Shown piece by piece: positions 62,691-64,000 of a stretch of 64,000 nt of DNA; positions within the stretch are counted from its first letter, which is position 1; every line of letters starts with the position of its first letter. The notes beneath the pieces are model-generated. The model searched no databases. It was not told where the DNA came from and worked only from the letters and a program-made list of their open reading frames with translations. Source of the DNA: Haliotis rubra (Eukaryota); the NCBI RefSeq assembly GCF_003918875.1, contig NW_025766237.1:930001-994000 (forward strand), in the 5' to 3' direction. The position numbers were made by a program, and so were the translations under genes.

Positions 62691-64000
62691 ATGTTTAACT
62701 TGCCATGCTTGCAGGAAGTGTAGGAATTAATTTTGAAAACTCACTGGCCAGGAGGGCTGTTTAAGTAAACATGTTGCTAGCCCACGTCATACTCCACTTA
62801 AAAGCCCTGCTAAATATCAATGTCAAAATGGACATAGGTCAGAACTGGCGTGATGTTTGGTAATTGAAGATGGTAAGTTATTGTTGCCTCTTGGAAACAA
62901 TATAAATCAAACAAACACAATCAAATGTAACGTTACATTTGTATTGTAATGGTTCCTAACCTCTTTTGTGCAATGCTATTAAAAAAATTTATATAGCGAT
63001 CGTGTGACACCTAGATAATGAATATCATGCAACTCTTGCGGGCAGAATGTTAACTCTGTGATAATTTATGAAATAATAAATGAAACAGCTGCAAGACTCA
63101 ATGGTTAGTCAGGTGATATTGTCAGTGCTTGGGGAAATATTATTAAATTAATTTTTAAATATTGTTGGTAGCAATTTGTAAACTGTTACATGTTATCATG
63201 TCTATAACTCAAGGTCTATTAACATTGATGAAGCTGAAACCTTGCAAGTATGTTCCAAGCAGTGTCTGTAAACATGCTAAGACCTAATTGCATAGACCCT
63301 GTGTGATGCAGTTTTAAACATGGCTGAAAGTGAAAGGCAGCCACATTGATTGGTGTTTGCACCTGTTTATAAAAAATATTTTTCTGTATAAAACCCAGAT
63401 GTTTAGTCAGGGTGTTACTTGCTTAATAACTACAAGTGTAATGATAGAACAAATATTACAAACTATTGATGTATTGAAATTGTTTGCCTGACAATAGTAC
63501 TTAATAGATAGGAATTATAATAATTACAGTTGTATTGTTGATAGCATGAATAAGAATCAGGAGTTTTAGTTGTTGCAATAACATATAAATAGATATAAAA
63601 CATGTAATTTTCAAACCTACTGGTGTGTTGGTTAGCAAGGATTATATTTTCATTTTAGAGTTACTTCCCTTTTGTGTGAATTGACAGGGAGGAAAATGGC
63701 TCATATTGACAGTGCTACTTTATCACATTTTAATTATGATGAGTAAAATTGCTTTACAACTTCTGCAGTGGCAATAGAATTGTATTAGGGATATAGCCCC
63801 AATACACAGCCATTTAATAACACATGTTAATTTGCTTGCTCAACTAAGCCAGTTTTTATGGTAAAATGTGAGTGAATGTGTAAGTGAATATTGATGGAAT
63901 TATGATACTGATTGTGTGGAAACAGTTATATGCTGAAGACCCCAGATCTTCAGTAACCCATGCTTGTCATATTAGGCGACTAATGGGATCAGGCTAGCTA

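Overview
AT-rich, intron-containing metazoan DNA. It is probably a mollusc, possibly a gastropod; this is inferred from the repeat families and protein style and is not proven. There is one 161-N scaffold gap (7508-7668). I reconstructed the genes by hand from splice sites. Two near-identical tandem SQSTM1/p62 genes lie on the minus strand (6 exons each, PB1-ZZ-LIR-UBA), each with the same 69-bp minisatellite downstream. A divergently oriented 17-exon SREBP gene on the plus strand carries a perfect intronic miR-33 hairpin and an apparent +1 frameshift in its CAG-rich exon 2. A convergent 5-exon Torsin gene follows on the minus strand, and then the first coding exon of TMEM144 on the plus strand. 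The two largest introns each hold a decayed DIRS-type tyrosine-recombinase retrotransposon of one family, and each element has grown a different tandem array at the same position. The rest is dense with SINEs, MITEs with readable target-site duplications (TSDs), Helentron-type elements, a LINE fragment and a minimal hammerhead-like motif. I found no clearly new multi-gene system. The best leads are the p62 duplication, the DIRS-associated arrays, the hairpin-bearing insertions lacking a clear TSD, and the SREBP/miR-33 regulatory unit.
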